43,505 nt of DNA from Octopus sinensis. Its lineage: Eukaryota. The notes beneath the pieces were generated by a model that was not told the origin of the DNA, did no database searches, and was given only the letters and a program-made list of their open reading frames with translations. The stretch covers positions 1-43,505 of the forward strand of contig NW_021835021.1 of assembly GCF_006345805.1 (NCBI RefSeq), in the 5' to 3' direction. Both the position numbers and the translations under genes were made by a program. Below, one piece after another: positions 1-12,494 of this stretch. Within the stretch, counting starts at the first letter, position 1; each line of letters opens with the position of its first letter.

Positions 1-145
1 TTGCTATTGTTTTTCTTAGGATGAGGGCAGTACCCACGGAAACAATGTTTTGTAGGTTTGTTACTTCGGGGTTGTCTGGTATTGGGCCACTGTGTTTAAG
101 AGCGCTATTTGGTATAGCTCTGAAAGCTCCGGTGATCATAAGTAC
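1..145 (-). mobile_element. R4/Dong-type non-LTR retrotransposon, C-terminal endonuclease remnant (runs off the window edge)
   Basis: Manual minus-strand translation gives VLMITGAFRAIPNSALKHSGPIPDNPEVTNLQNIVSVGTALILRKTIA. This parallels the C-terminus of the 21179-23217 element (VIVGALGMI...IPGKPCL.EIQKIVLTSTAHILRKTLSM). Confidence 0.7.
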
Positions 146-822
146 CCTTGTTAGATGTCACATTTTGAGACCCCTATTTCAGGGTCCTTACAGTTATTTT
201 AATTTTCAAATAATTTTACAGAAGCGTTGCAGTTCTCTGGGAGCGACATTTATGGGGTAGACATGTGTTTTCAACGTGATTTTTTTAACCCCAATATCTG
301 TTTTATTGGCCCGTATATCACAACCATTTCAAATCGAATCTATAAACGTGTGAGTATGATTGCCTGTATACACATGTTTATGTAGACACATATTTGTATA
401 CATATACACATATACATACCTGTATAGATATACGTATACGCGTATGTATGTGTGTACATATGTATACATGCGTTTATACGTGTGCGCACACATACACACG
501 CACACACAAACTCTCACACACACGCACGCACACAGAGTTGTGTCGGGTCCATTACACGGTTTAGATTACAAAGATGTAAACATCTTATTTACTGTCCGAA
601 TACCTCTCCTTAATCCAAACACCTGTCTACTCTACGCTTCTACACCTGATGCCTACACACACACACACACCACACACACACACATGTCTGTTTTTCCTTC
701 TTCCTCCTCTTTTCTTCTCTTTCTTTTTCCTTTTTTTTTTGCTTTTTGTTCTTCGTTTTTCTTCTCCGCTAAATTTGAATGAATCTTCCTTACCTACTTC
801 CCTACGAGTCTGTCTGTCTGTG

Positions 823-888
<66 letters not shown>

Positions 889-1337
889 ATCTATATATGC
901 GTGTGCGTGTGTGTGTGCGCGCGCAAGTGCGTGTGAGTGTTTTAAATATATACATGTACAAGCATGCATTTCTACATATACATGTACAGACACATACATA
1001 CATATATATATATATATACATATATTCATGTATGTGTGTGTCTGTATGTATATATATATATTTATATATATATATAATGTACATATATCTAGTGATAAAT
1101 TGTGTGTGCATATGCGTTTGTGTGTGTGTGTGTGTAAATGTGTGAAAGATGTCAACAAAAATATCTGAAGAAGTTATAAAAGTTGCGAAATATTATTGGG
1201 CAGCTGAATAAATACTGGGGAGATGTTGTTGTTGCTTTTGTTGTAGTCGATGGCGGAGGTGGTGATGGTGGAACCGGTGGTGGTGGTGGTGGTGGTGGTG
1301 TTTGGTAGTGAGATTCTTGGGGGTGTTGGTGGTGCTG

Positions 1338-1370
<33 letters not shown>

Positions 1371-1421
1371 GATGACTGTGTATGCGAGGTGTTTGCGACA
1401 ATGAGTTTGGAGACCAGTATC

Positions 1422-1452
<31 letters not shown>

Positions 1453-2254
1453 CTGTTTTCTCTGTTAATGTGTGTGTGTGTGTAAGCGTGTATTTATGCG
1501 ATATGCGTGAGAGAACAAGCGAAACAATGTATAAGTATATTCATGTGTCATATATAAAGTTATACAACAGAACAGGAGCGTTGTATGGCAGTTCGGCGTA
1601 TAGCAGTACAGTATGTATAACAGTGTAGTGTATAACGATACCATATAAGAGTTGAATGTATAACATTACGGTACTCTGTTGTTCATGTTTGGTTCACATT
1701 TAAACAAGATGTTCACTGAATACTGAACACCTCTTAATACTGACATCTTTTAACGCGTAAATCGTTTAGCGATAATTTCACTTAACACAATTTCCACTTC
1801 AGACAAATTTTTCTTCCCAGAAATTTCCCAGCCCCGAGAAGCAATCATATTTGCGTTAACCAAAATTCCAGAGACATAGGACAGTATACAACATGGTTGG
1901 CAGAATATAATTTTCTGATTGGTCAGCATATGTCACGTGTTCGTGTGATGTTGATATGAACAAGGAAGATGATTTTCATGGTAGTTAAAATTTGAAATAA
2001 TCAAAAATAAAAATTTAGAATTACGAACCAAAGCGAAATAATGAAATTGAGATAATTCGCATACGAACCAGTGGTTCAATTATTGGGATCGATAGAGTAA
2101 CACGCAGACAGTAACTTATCCATTTGATGGATACTTTCTTGCACTCACTTGCATGTCCTTGGATCCTCAAATATGGCACCGAACGTCACTCGTGTAGGAA
2201 CATATTCGTCTACAAGAACACTTGAGAATAAATCAACGAGCGTTCATACATGTG

Positions 2255-2301
<47 letters not shown>

Positions 2302-2449
2302 TATTATAATATATATATATATATAATATATATACATATATACATATATTCATATATATGTGTGTGTATGTGTGTAATATATATAATAGTATTGAAGTGT
2401 GTCTTCCACTTGTTCCATCACTGGATTGTGGTCATGCTGAGGCACTGCC

Positions 2450-2518
<69 letters not shown>

Positions 2519-3594
2519 AATAGACACACAGACACAGATACACACATACACACACACATACATACACAATATGCAAACTTATGTAGTAAAAATACAAACA
2601 GTGAATTTAACTTTCTCCGTAGATTGAAAAGAAAAATGAGGCGTCTACATCACTTAACCATTCCCAGACATACACATACACATATACACACACATACACA
2701 CATCTGTGTGTGAGTGTACGAGTGTGTATGTAAGGACATATAATATGCATACTGTAAAAATTAAACAAGATAAGCAACGACTGTATAAAGGATCTCTGCT
2801 GAACAGATGGCCAAAACATCTCCCAAGTTTTGGCCCTAAATTAAATGAATTCAAAGAATTTAACCCCAAAATAGTTAGCCAACCTAACCCATCCAATTTT
2901 CTAATTTGCTAAATATAAAATTAAAACTGATTTCAGGAAAGCACTAATCTTTAAGAAAATGAAGGACTAATAACTTTGTAATAAAAAATTCAAGTCACTT
3001 TCAGTAGTAAAGAACCAAGTCAATAACATTATTTGTGGAATTTCTACAATATCTTGTGGAGTGGGTTTGGGGAAACAACATTGGAGCAAGCAGCTTCGGC
3101 GTATAATTAAGCATAGAAATGAGCGGGTTCAACGAAAAATTAGAAACCTTACCTAAAACCACCTAAACAACTAAAAATATCAAACTCTAATAAAAACGAT
3201 ATGTTTTCTAGTTCAACTCACTCTTCAGCTTAAATTATAGCAAATGTAGCAAAATGTTTTCTTAGCTAATCATCAAAATTTTTCCAACAAATGAAACTTG
3301 ATATAACTTATTCAACAGGATCAACACAAAAGTTAGTTTCAGCTGGAGAAAAAAACACACCAACTGCAGTAAGTGTAATGGCGAGTTATATGAACATTGC
3401 TTACAGACGAAGTAATCTAGCAAAGCAGCAACACTAGAAGAGGGGAGAAAGGCTCAGGTAGAAAATATGTAATTGTAAACAAGGCATTAATAAGCAGTGC
3501 CACCTCTTATGTAAGTGATTCTGGGATATGTTTCTGTGCACCACATAAAATATAGTATAATTATGCAACAAGTACGCATGCTCAGCAGAAACAA

Positions 3595-4013
3595 AATGAG
3601 ATGATATCAATCCGCAGAGATCAAAATATATTGATTATCAAAAACCTGTCTGATGTTCTTCACCGGAATAATGTTAAACAAATGAGGGGGTAGCTCAGAC
3701 ATCAGAAAGCCTCTCCAGTTCGAATCACTTCTTCTCCGCAGTGATAAGGCACTGTTTCGGTATATGTAGTTAGACTGTCGCAGGAAAGTATCGCAAAACG
3801 GGTCCTTCAAGCCAGCCCCCTTCGACAGGAGACCCCAAGAGTAGACCAAGAAAGAAATGGGTGGGTAATATCTGTAGTCTCAGTGACGCTTGGAAATCCA
3901 CCAAGAAAATATAATCACGGTTGCTTCTGATAGTACCCTATAGAGGGAGTGCCTGATGACTTGCCCCAGCAACTCACTGAGGAATTGTAGGCAGTGGAAA
4001 TGAATGGATGGGA
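3595..4013 (+). mobile_element. Decayed RTE-clade LINE 3' end
   Basis: Frameshifted translation gives ..VRLSQESIAKRVLQASP..RPRKKWVGNICSL..LEIHQENIITVASDSTL*RECL, resembling the RTE RT C-terminus (R.P....K..L...P.G.R..GRPR..W). It ends in an ATGAATGGATGG tail. Confidence 0.6.
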
Positions 4014-5711
4014 TTGAAGTCTGTCTGAATTGCGAAATATATTCATTTTTAGAAGAAAACTGTCTGTGTTACAAACAGAATAAGTATTTGGTGGCGTAAT
4101 AACAGAGAAAACGTAAAAATGCCGATCCCCAACAGAATATAAAGATTTAGGAATGGCAGACAGATCTCCTAAGTCAATAGAGACATTAACAGAATAACAG
4201 TTTATCGAAACAGGATATAATAATGAAATCAACCAATAAGGATAATCCATCTGAGATGTAGCCAATGAAAATGGCCAATACGGCAATAATCAAAATTTCA
4301 TAAAGCTCAAAGATGTAACGAAGATAACGAATAACTATCTTGAAAAACAGAATTTAATAAGGAAACCAACCAATGAAGACAATACAACCGAGAAATTGAC
4401 CAATGAAAAACGAGAAGGCAACAATAATCAAAAAGGCATCACGCAGACAAAAAAAATATTTTGTAACTTTTCAATGAAAATAATTATTATACACAAAAGG
4501 AGCAGTTTGTTTGAATGTTTATAAAAACAGCTTGAAAATATGGTGGAAAACCTCCTGTTAACTTGAGGAGTTGCAAAATGTTCAGTGTGTGTGTGTGCGT
4601 GTGCGTGCGTATACATATAAACATATATATATATATATATAATCAGTTTAAATAAACTATATTTATGCACATGTGTGTATACATACATATATATACATAC
4701 ATACATACATACATACATACATACATACACACACATATATATATATATAGAGATGTATGTATATATATATATGCATGTATGTATATATATGTATATATTG
4801 TATATATTGCGTGTATATATATATATACACACAATATAAATACAGATGTATGTTTCAGTTTGTGGCTTTCTACAGTATTACTCCGTTAAGTAATATATGT
4901 GTGCGTGTGTATGTTTGTAAGTGTATGCAAACATACATACATACATACATACATACATACACATACATACATACGTACGTACGTATGTGTATATATATGC
5001 ATATATATGTATGCATAAATATATATATATGTGTGCACGTACATTTGCGCAGAAGTTGAAACAGTTGACACCTCTCACTTGAAATGTTTTTTTTTGTTTG
5101 TTTGTTTACTGACGTCATCATATATTTGACATTGCCACTTGTGCATCGCGAAGACCAAAGGCTTCTGGGGCCCAAAATAGCCTCGGCCAGTTTAGTTGCT
5201 TCTGCCCCCGCTACGATCCTCTTTTCACCTTCCAAACGTCATAGCACTTTCCCGATATCTAGAACGGTGTGGCTACTACACATTACTAAAACCGTAGACA
5301 CACCTGAATGAAAGTCATTCAACTAAGTGGAAAATGCCCATTTGCCAAAACACTAGTTACGTGGTTGTTGGATCTGCTAGAAATAGCTGCTAAGCCTCTT
5401 TCAGTTCTGACGCCACCAATCACCCCCCCCCTTTTAAACGAAAGGATGCTTTGCCTGGTTCCGTCTGCACCGCCTTCCGTCATATCCAGTTCCACTCCTT
5501 TCACTCGTGTGTCTCAAGTCTTTCAATTTTCCCTTTCTTGTGGTCGCATTCCTTTTAATCTATAGTTTCCCCTCTTTCAACATTTAGTCCCCCTTTTTCC
5601 GAATTGTACTCTCACCCACTTTAGAGCTTCACTCCTTTCGAAAAGCCGGATGAAATGCCGCTAAGCATTTTGTCCGGTGTCCTAACAACTCTGACTTTAA
5701 GATGCTATAAA

Positions 5712-6285
5712 TATTCTTTTTCACTATAAGCACAAGGCCCGAAATTTTTGGGGAGCGGGCCAGTTAATTAGATCGACCCCAGTATGCAACTGGTACTTAA
5801 TTTATCGACCCCGAAAGAATGAAAAGCGAAATTTGAACTCAGAACGTAAAGACAAACGAAATACCTATTTCTTTACTACCCACAAGGGGCTAAACAAGGA
5901 GGGGACAAACAAGGACAGGCAAACGGATTAAGTCGATTATATCGACCCCAGTGCGTAACTGGTACTTATTTAATCGACCCGAAAGGATGAAAGGCAAAGT
6001 CGACCTCGGCGGAATTTGAACTTAGAACGTAGCGACAGACGAAATACCTATTTCTTCACTACCCACAAGGGGCTAAACACAGAGAGGACAAACAAGGACA
6101 GACAAACGGATTAAGTCGATTATATCGACCCCAGTGCGTAACTGGTACTTAATTTATTGACCCCGAAAGGATGAAAGGCAAGTCGACCTCGGCGGATAAT
6201 TTGAACTCAGAACATAAAGACAGAGACGAATGCTGCTAAGCATTTCTCCCGGCGTGCAACGTGCTCTTTCTCGTCATCGCCTCAG
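5712..6285 (-). mobile_element. SINE family A with body tandemly repeated three times (about 183-bp period)
   Basis: ATCGACCCCAGT recurs at 5772, 5941 and 6124, and GAAATACCTATTTC at 5858 and 6041. One head lies near 6230-6285. A further short head fragment lies at about 5640-5695. Confidence 0.85.
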
Positions 6286-7348
6286 TTGCCAAAAATTCAC
6301 GTTTAAAATAAAAAAAAATTACGATTGCTGAAAGGCAAATTATAAATCGGTTGCATTAACAAATTTGCACTGAATAGAATTTTATGCTGAATATTGGGGT
6401 GATATAATAACAATCGAGTGCTGGATAATTGGTCAGGCCATGCCTATGAGTATATAAATGAAGCAAGAATTCAAAGACTAGCCTGTATTGTACCCAGGGA
6501 CGGTCAACCATTAAATTGGCAAAATAAAAGCAGATTTACTGTGTTACCCAACGACATTAAGGATATTAATAAAAGTTTTCGCTGGATTGTTAAGAGTAGA
6601 ATTTGCTAACAGTGTATAGGAACCGAACACAATTTCTGCGAAAAATATGAATGAATTGCTGGCCTAAATAACGGTGTTTCCGTAGTAAATACCATCGATA
6701 AAAGTATGCACTTGACGTATTACAACACTAAAATTGGTGATTAATTAACTCCTTGAGTACACCTTAAACACCAATATTCAAGGCGACTATTGTATTGGAT
6801 ATGTTATATCCTTCAAGTTTCATAGACCCAGAACTGACACGAACAAACTATCAAAGAAATGTACTGAAGATACTCGCCAACAAACCAGATCGTGAGCTGT
6901 TAACTCTCATGAACAGATCTTTTTTTTACCATTAACTTTGAGATTCTTGAAGAGGTAATCTCCCCCACTGTATGAGATGATAATGAGTTTCTGCATTCTG
7001 TGACGGAATTTCTCCCCACACCCTCACCCACAGTGCCAGACGGAGAAACCATTATTCAATTAAGTATCATTTTATTTCATGCTTAATACCATCTCTTCTT
7101 ACCATTCTTCCTGCTGATTCCTTCGTCTTTGATTTCTTTCTACAGTTTCTGGCGTCAAATACTTAACTCCATCCAAGATCTCTCTGCCTCGCCCTCTTTC
7201 TCATTCTTCTCTTTCTCTTTTGCTCTCCTTCTTTCTCATTCTCTCTCTATTTCTCTCTCTCTCAATCTCTCTATCATCACTATTTCGCACACAAACGCAT
7301 GTACACACACCAGTTTCTACCTGTTCACCTACATACCTATTTACCTAC

Positions 7349-7350
<2 letters not shown>

Positions 7351-7439
<89 letters not shown>

Positions 7440-7440
7440 G

Positions 7441-7507
<67 letters not shown>

Positions 7508-7555
7508 GTCTATCTATCTATCTATCTATATCTGTCTGTCTGCCTGCCTGCCAAC

Positions 7556-7619
<64 letters not shown>

Positions 7620-7683
7620 ATCTGTCTGTATGCCTGCCTGCCACCTGTCTGTCTGTCTGTCATCTATCTATCTATCTCTCTCA

Positions 7684-7715
<32 letters not shown>

Positions 7716-7757
7716 ATAATATATCTATATCTGTCGTCTGTCTGCCTGCCTGCCAAC

Positions 7758-7812
<55 letters not shown>

Positions 7813-7817
7813 CCTAC

Positions 7818-7863
<46 letters not shown>

Positions 7864-7884
7864 CTCTATCTATCTATCTACCTC

Positions 7885-7965
<81 letters not shown>

Positions 7966-7972
7966 GCCTGTC
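7351..7972 (+). repeat. Compound (TCTA)n/(TCTG)n/(CCTG)n microsatellite
   Basis: Directly visible; it accounts for the SIYL-repeat ORFs at 7129-8008. Confidence 0.95.
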
Positions 7973-8367
7973 TGTTCAGACAACATCTTAACTGTTATAT
8001 GCACATAATACATACATACTACATACATACATACATACAAACAAAAATACATACATACACTGCATATATACATACATGCATACATACATGCATACATACA
8101 TACCGTAATGTAAGAGTTGCAATGCATACTTGGATATATATTTTGTGCTGTGCAAACATTATCTGATATAGAACTCAATACTTTGAGTAGAGTAAGTAAG
8201 TATGTTAACTATATAAATAAATTATAGCTGAATAGACTGTCAAAGTGTGATATATTGCCCAGATAAACGCATACATACGCATACACAAATACATACATAT
8301 TTATACACACACGCATATATGTATAACTATGTAGTGCCGAAAATTTGTAGAGATAAAGTTAAAAGTG

Positions 8368-8398
<31 letters not shown>

Positions 8399-8420
8399 AT
8401 ATATATATATGCATATATAA

Positions 8421-8583
8421 GATGGGTTTCCTTCAGTTTCCGTCTAACCAAATCCACTCACAAGGCTTTGGTCGGCCCGAGGCTATAGTAGAAGACATTT
8501 GCCCAAGGTGCCACGCAGTGGGACTGAAACCGGAGCCATGGGTTCGTAAGCACGCTACTTACCAGGCAGCCACTCCTACGCCT
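8421..8583 (-). mobile_element. SINE family B, 5' half
   Basis: Reverse complement matches the head GGCGYAGGAGTGGCTG..GGTAAGTAGC..TTCAGTCCCACTGCGTGGCACCTTGGGCAA seen at 12056, 31420 and 38488. Confidence 0.85.
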
Positions 8584-8594
8584 ATATATGTATG

Positions 8595-8654
<60 letters not shown>

Positions 8655-8676
8655 ATAATATATATGCATATATATC

Positions 8677-8835
8677 GCTAGCCACTACACATTCTTTATT
8701 TTCTCTCCTTGTTTCTTTCTTTGTTCCTTTCTGTGGAAGAGCGTAAGTTCGAAACGTTGAAGACTTTTTCAATTCCCGAGCCTTTTACTAATACATCTGT
8801 TTGTGTCTACACCACCTGTCTTCGTCTTTTGTTTT
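8677..8835 (+). mobile_element. Penelope-like terminal fragment with degenerate hammerhead motif
   Basis: Contains CTTT-CTGTGGA-A-GAGC-GTAA-GTTC-GAAA-CGTT-GAAG at 8727-8763 and is homologous to 31596-31718. Confidence 0.55.
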
Positions 8836-8882
8836 TGTTTTGTGAATTCTCCCTGTGTGTGTATATATATATATAATTTATA

Positions 8883-8956
<74 letters not shown>

Positions 8957-8970
8957 GAGAATATATATAT

Positions 8971-9002
<32 letters not shown>

Positions 9003-9017
9003 CATATATATATGTAC

Positions 9018-9216
9018 AATAATAATAATAATAATAATGAATAATAATGATAATATAATAATAATAATAATAATATAATAATGATAATGATAATGTAATA
9101 ATAATAATAATAATAATATAATAATATAGTAATAGTAATAGTAATAGTAATAGTAATATAATAATGATAATGATAATAATAATAATAAAATAATAATATA
9201 ATAATAATGATAATAA

Positions 9217-9283
<67 letters not shown>

Positions 9284-9330
9284 TATAATAATAATAATAA
9301 TATTATATTATTATTATTATTATTATTTAT
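9018..9330. repeat. Long degenerate (TAA)n/(TAG)n tract
   Basis: Directly visible. Confidence 0.95.
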
Positions 9331-9563
9331 ATCTATCTATCTATCTATTTGTATAGAAATGGAAGAAAATGGAAGAAAATTTGAAAGAAGAAAAAAATAA
9401 TAATAATAACAATTATAATGGGGGTGACGATGTATATAATAGTAATAATACTTAATTTAGACACAAGGCCTGAATTTAGGGGAGGGGAGATAGTCATTTA
9501 CATCGTAATATATGTATATCTATATATATATATATATATATTATATAATATATATATATATAT

Positions 9564-9601
<38 letters not shown>

Positions 9602-9984
9602 CAAGTTTTAATTGGATAATCACTTTAGCCAGTTATTGCAAAACATTCTGTTATTTAATTATTACGAGTTGAAGCTTTGTGTAACATGGATGCTTTGTAT
9701 ACAATTGTACAATTGTACTTGCAATGTGTTGTATGCATATTGGTGTAGACATCTACAATAATTCATTGAAACACTGAAATTATCATTACATGACGGCGGA
9801 TGTGAAACGGCCGTAATCCTACGGATATCAAGTGGTTGAACAAGCACATTCGCCTCTCATACCTCCTGACATTGTATGGTCTCTCTCTCCCTTAGGACAT
9901 ATATATATATATATATATAATATATATATATTATATATATATATAGAGAGGAGAGAGAGAGAGGAGAGAGCTAATGTTGATCCA

Positions 9985-10165
9985 AACATGAAAACACAAA
10001 GAGAAAACACAACAACGCGAGGACGTGGAACAAGTATAGTATTATTGGACGTTCAGAAAGGAAAGAAACAGGGAGATTTAACGTTTCGAGTGGAATTCTT
10101 CGTCAGAAACACAGGAAAAAGAAGGAAGACGGAGGAAAAAAATCGCCAACGATACACACGCGGCC
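9985..10165 (-). mobile_element. Penelope-like terminal fragment with hammerhead-like motif
   Basis: Minus strand reads GTTT-CTGACGA-AGAATTCCACTC-GAAA-CGTT-AAAT (10076-10110). The pyrimidine-rich flanks resemble those of the 8677 and 31596 copies. Confidence 0.55.
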
Positions 10166-10230
10166 ACAAGGAAGAGAGACCATATAAAGTCAGGAGATAT
10201 GAGAGGTGAATATATATATATATATATAAT

Positions 10231-10278
<48 letters not shown>

Positions 10279-10397
10279 GCAATTAAGGACAACTACTTAA
10301 TAAGGAAACTTAACAAGAATTGTCAGGTAGATAGCGTGAAAACCTCAAAGAGAAAAAATTTCGAAAATAATTATTTCTTATTGAACATATTAATTTA

Positions 10398-10746
10398 TAT
10401 ATAGAGGGCATTATACATACATGCCAGATGGCATTATACATAGATCCCACACGCTAAGAGGGACAATTAGTCATTTCTACCAAAAATATTACTAATCCCA
10501 CCGAATGCAATTTTTCAAAGTAAGACATTTAAAAAATATAGACCTGTATCACAGTGATTTCATACTTACGTATTCATCAGCAGGCCTGGATGTATCATAC
10601 ATAAAAATTTTTTAAATGTCTTACTTTGAAAAATTGCATTCGGTGGGATTAGTAATATTTTTGGTAGAAATGACTAATTGTCCCTCTTAGCGTGTGGCAT
10701 CTATGTATAATGCCATCTGGCATGTATGTATAATGCCCTCTATATA
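10398..10746. repeat. Long inverted repeat: 140-bp arms (10398-10537 and 10607-10746), 69-bp spacer
   Basis: Manual reverse complement shows the arms identical except for one mismatch (GATCCCACACG vs GATGCCACACG). Confidence 0.95.
10541..10586 (-). ncRNA. Type I hammerhead ribozyme motif with intact catalytic core
   Basis: Minus strand reads GGCCUG-CUGAUGA-AUAC-GUAA-GUAU-GAAA-UCA-CUG-UGA-U-A-CAGGUC. Stem I is 6 bp, stem II is 4 bp with a GNRA loop, stem III is 4 bp including A15.1-U16.1. The predicted cleavage triplet is AUA, cutting between 10547 and 10546. Confidence 0.8.
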
Positions 10747-10757
10747 AAATATATATA

Positions 10758-10793
<36 letters not shown>

Positions 10794-11948
10794 AATATGT
10801 ATTAGTTATAGACTAAGAACTTACGTTTCTTATCGAAAACTTTATTCAGTCGGTTAAACCACTACGGACTGTTTGCCTCTCTCTCCTCTTCTCTCTCTCT
10901 CCCCCTCTCTCCTCTTCTCTCTCTCTCTCCCTCTCTCCTCTTCTCCGGTCTCTCTCTCTTTCCCTTCTCTCCCCCGCTCTTTGACAGCTGTTATTAAGTT
11001 AAATGTCACTATTTACCTCTCAATGCTATCTACGCACAATTATAAATGCACACGGTGTTATCTGTACGCTGTTATCTACACGCTTCAAACTATTCACGGT
11101 GTTATCTACACACTGTATCATCGAGAAATTCACTGAAGTGTGTCTTTATTTATTCTATTTTTTTTATTTCAGTCGCTTTCACCTTAAGAGAGACATCAAC
11201 AGCTTCAACATCAACGCACCCTATATAGATCTTGATAAATTTCTTTTAATCAATTGAAATTTTTCAAATTTTTGCCAGATTATTTTCAAGGAACGTAGTT
11301 CGGATCTGGTTTTGTTTCGCTGATGTCGAAAATCAAAATGATTTTTTTTCTTTTGGGCATTTAAAATCATGCAATTTTAGCCAATCGAAGTTTCAGTTAC
11401 CGACCCTATCGGAAGTCGTGACTGTTTGTCAACCAGGGGAACAGCATACAAGAAAACTTTATGAGGTCTCTCGACCTGCACGAAATAGCAGGAAAAATTT
11501 ATTTAAAGAACACCAGAACGTCTAAAAAGCAAAAAAAGGGGCGAAGCATAGTGCCACAGCATCACCGTATATGTCCTCGCTTGAGGCTGACCCAAGTGTT
11601 TCCTACTTGTTGAGTGTTGTTAATAACGTTTAAATTGAAGTCAGTCCCCACGAAGTCAATCTTTTCTCGAATTCGTGGTCCTTGAAACATTCTCTGCACC
11701 AAACAGTTTGATATTAAATATACTTTCTCGTTTCTTATGATAAAATTGTGAAGAAAGTTTAAAAGAACAAGATGGCGACGGCGACGGCGGCGGTAACGGC
11801 GGTGGTGGGGTGGTAGAGAAGGAATTGGTTACGATTGTTCTTGTGGAAAGAAGTGGAGTGTGTTGATGACGACGACGATGACGTTGATAATTGTGGTGGT
11901 GATATTCTTCTTCCAAACCATGAAGGACACACACACAGACACACAGAC

Positions 11949-11991
<43 letters not shown>

Positions 11992-12024
11992 CACACACAC
12001 GCACGCACACACACACACACAAAA

Positions 12025-12055
<31 letters not shown>

Positions 12056-12202
12056 GGTGCAGGAGTGGTTGTGTGGTAAGTAGCTTGTTTACCAGCCAAA
12101 TGGTTTCGGGTACAGTCCCACTGAGCGGCACCTTGGGTAAGTGTCTTCTACTTCCACCCTTGTGAGTGGATTTGGTAAACGGAAACTGAAAGAAGCCCGT
12201 CG

Positions 12203-12283
<81 letters not shown>

Positions 12284-12493
12284 CTGTGTTTGTCCACCCA
12301 ATATCGCTTGACAACCGATGTTGGTGTATTTACGTCCCCGTAACTTACGGTTTAACAAAAAAGAGAATAAGTACTTGGCTTACAATAAGTGCAATAAGTA
12401 CTTACAAAGAATAAGTCCTGGGGGTCAATTTGCTCGACTAACGGCGGTGCTCCAGCATGGCCACAGTCAAATGACTGAAACAAATAAAAGATT
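12056..12493 (+). mobile_element. SINE family B, full bipartite copy with internal (TA)n/(TG)n
   Basis: tRNA-like head with A- and B-box-like motifs, internal microsatellite at about 12203-12285, and 3' half ending AAATGACTGAAACAAATAAAAG as in the other copies. Confidence 0.85.
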
Positions 12494-12494
12494 A

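Noticed and set aside
150-320. Possible Tc1/mariner terminus
   Set aside because: No partner inverted repeat or transposase trace found in the window.
1160-1200. CTGAAGA-AG...C-GAAATATT hammerhead-like string
   Set aside because: Stem II and stem I do not pair convincingly.
5712-6285. CRISPR-like or satellite interpretation of the regular repeat
   Set aside because: The units are whole SINE bodies with no unique spacers, and the context is eukaryotic.
10812-10860. Minus-strand CTGAATA...GAAACGTA motif next to the inverted repeat
   Set aside because: G8 is missing and the stems do not pair.
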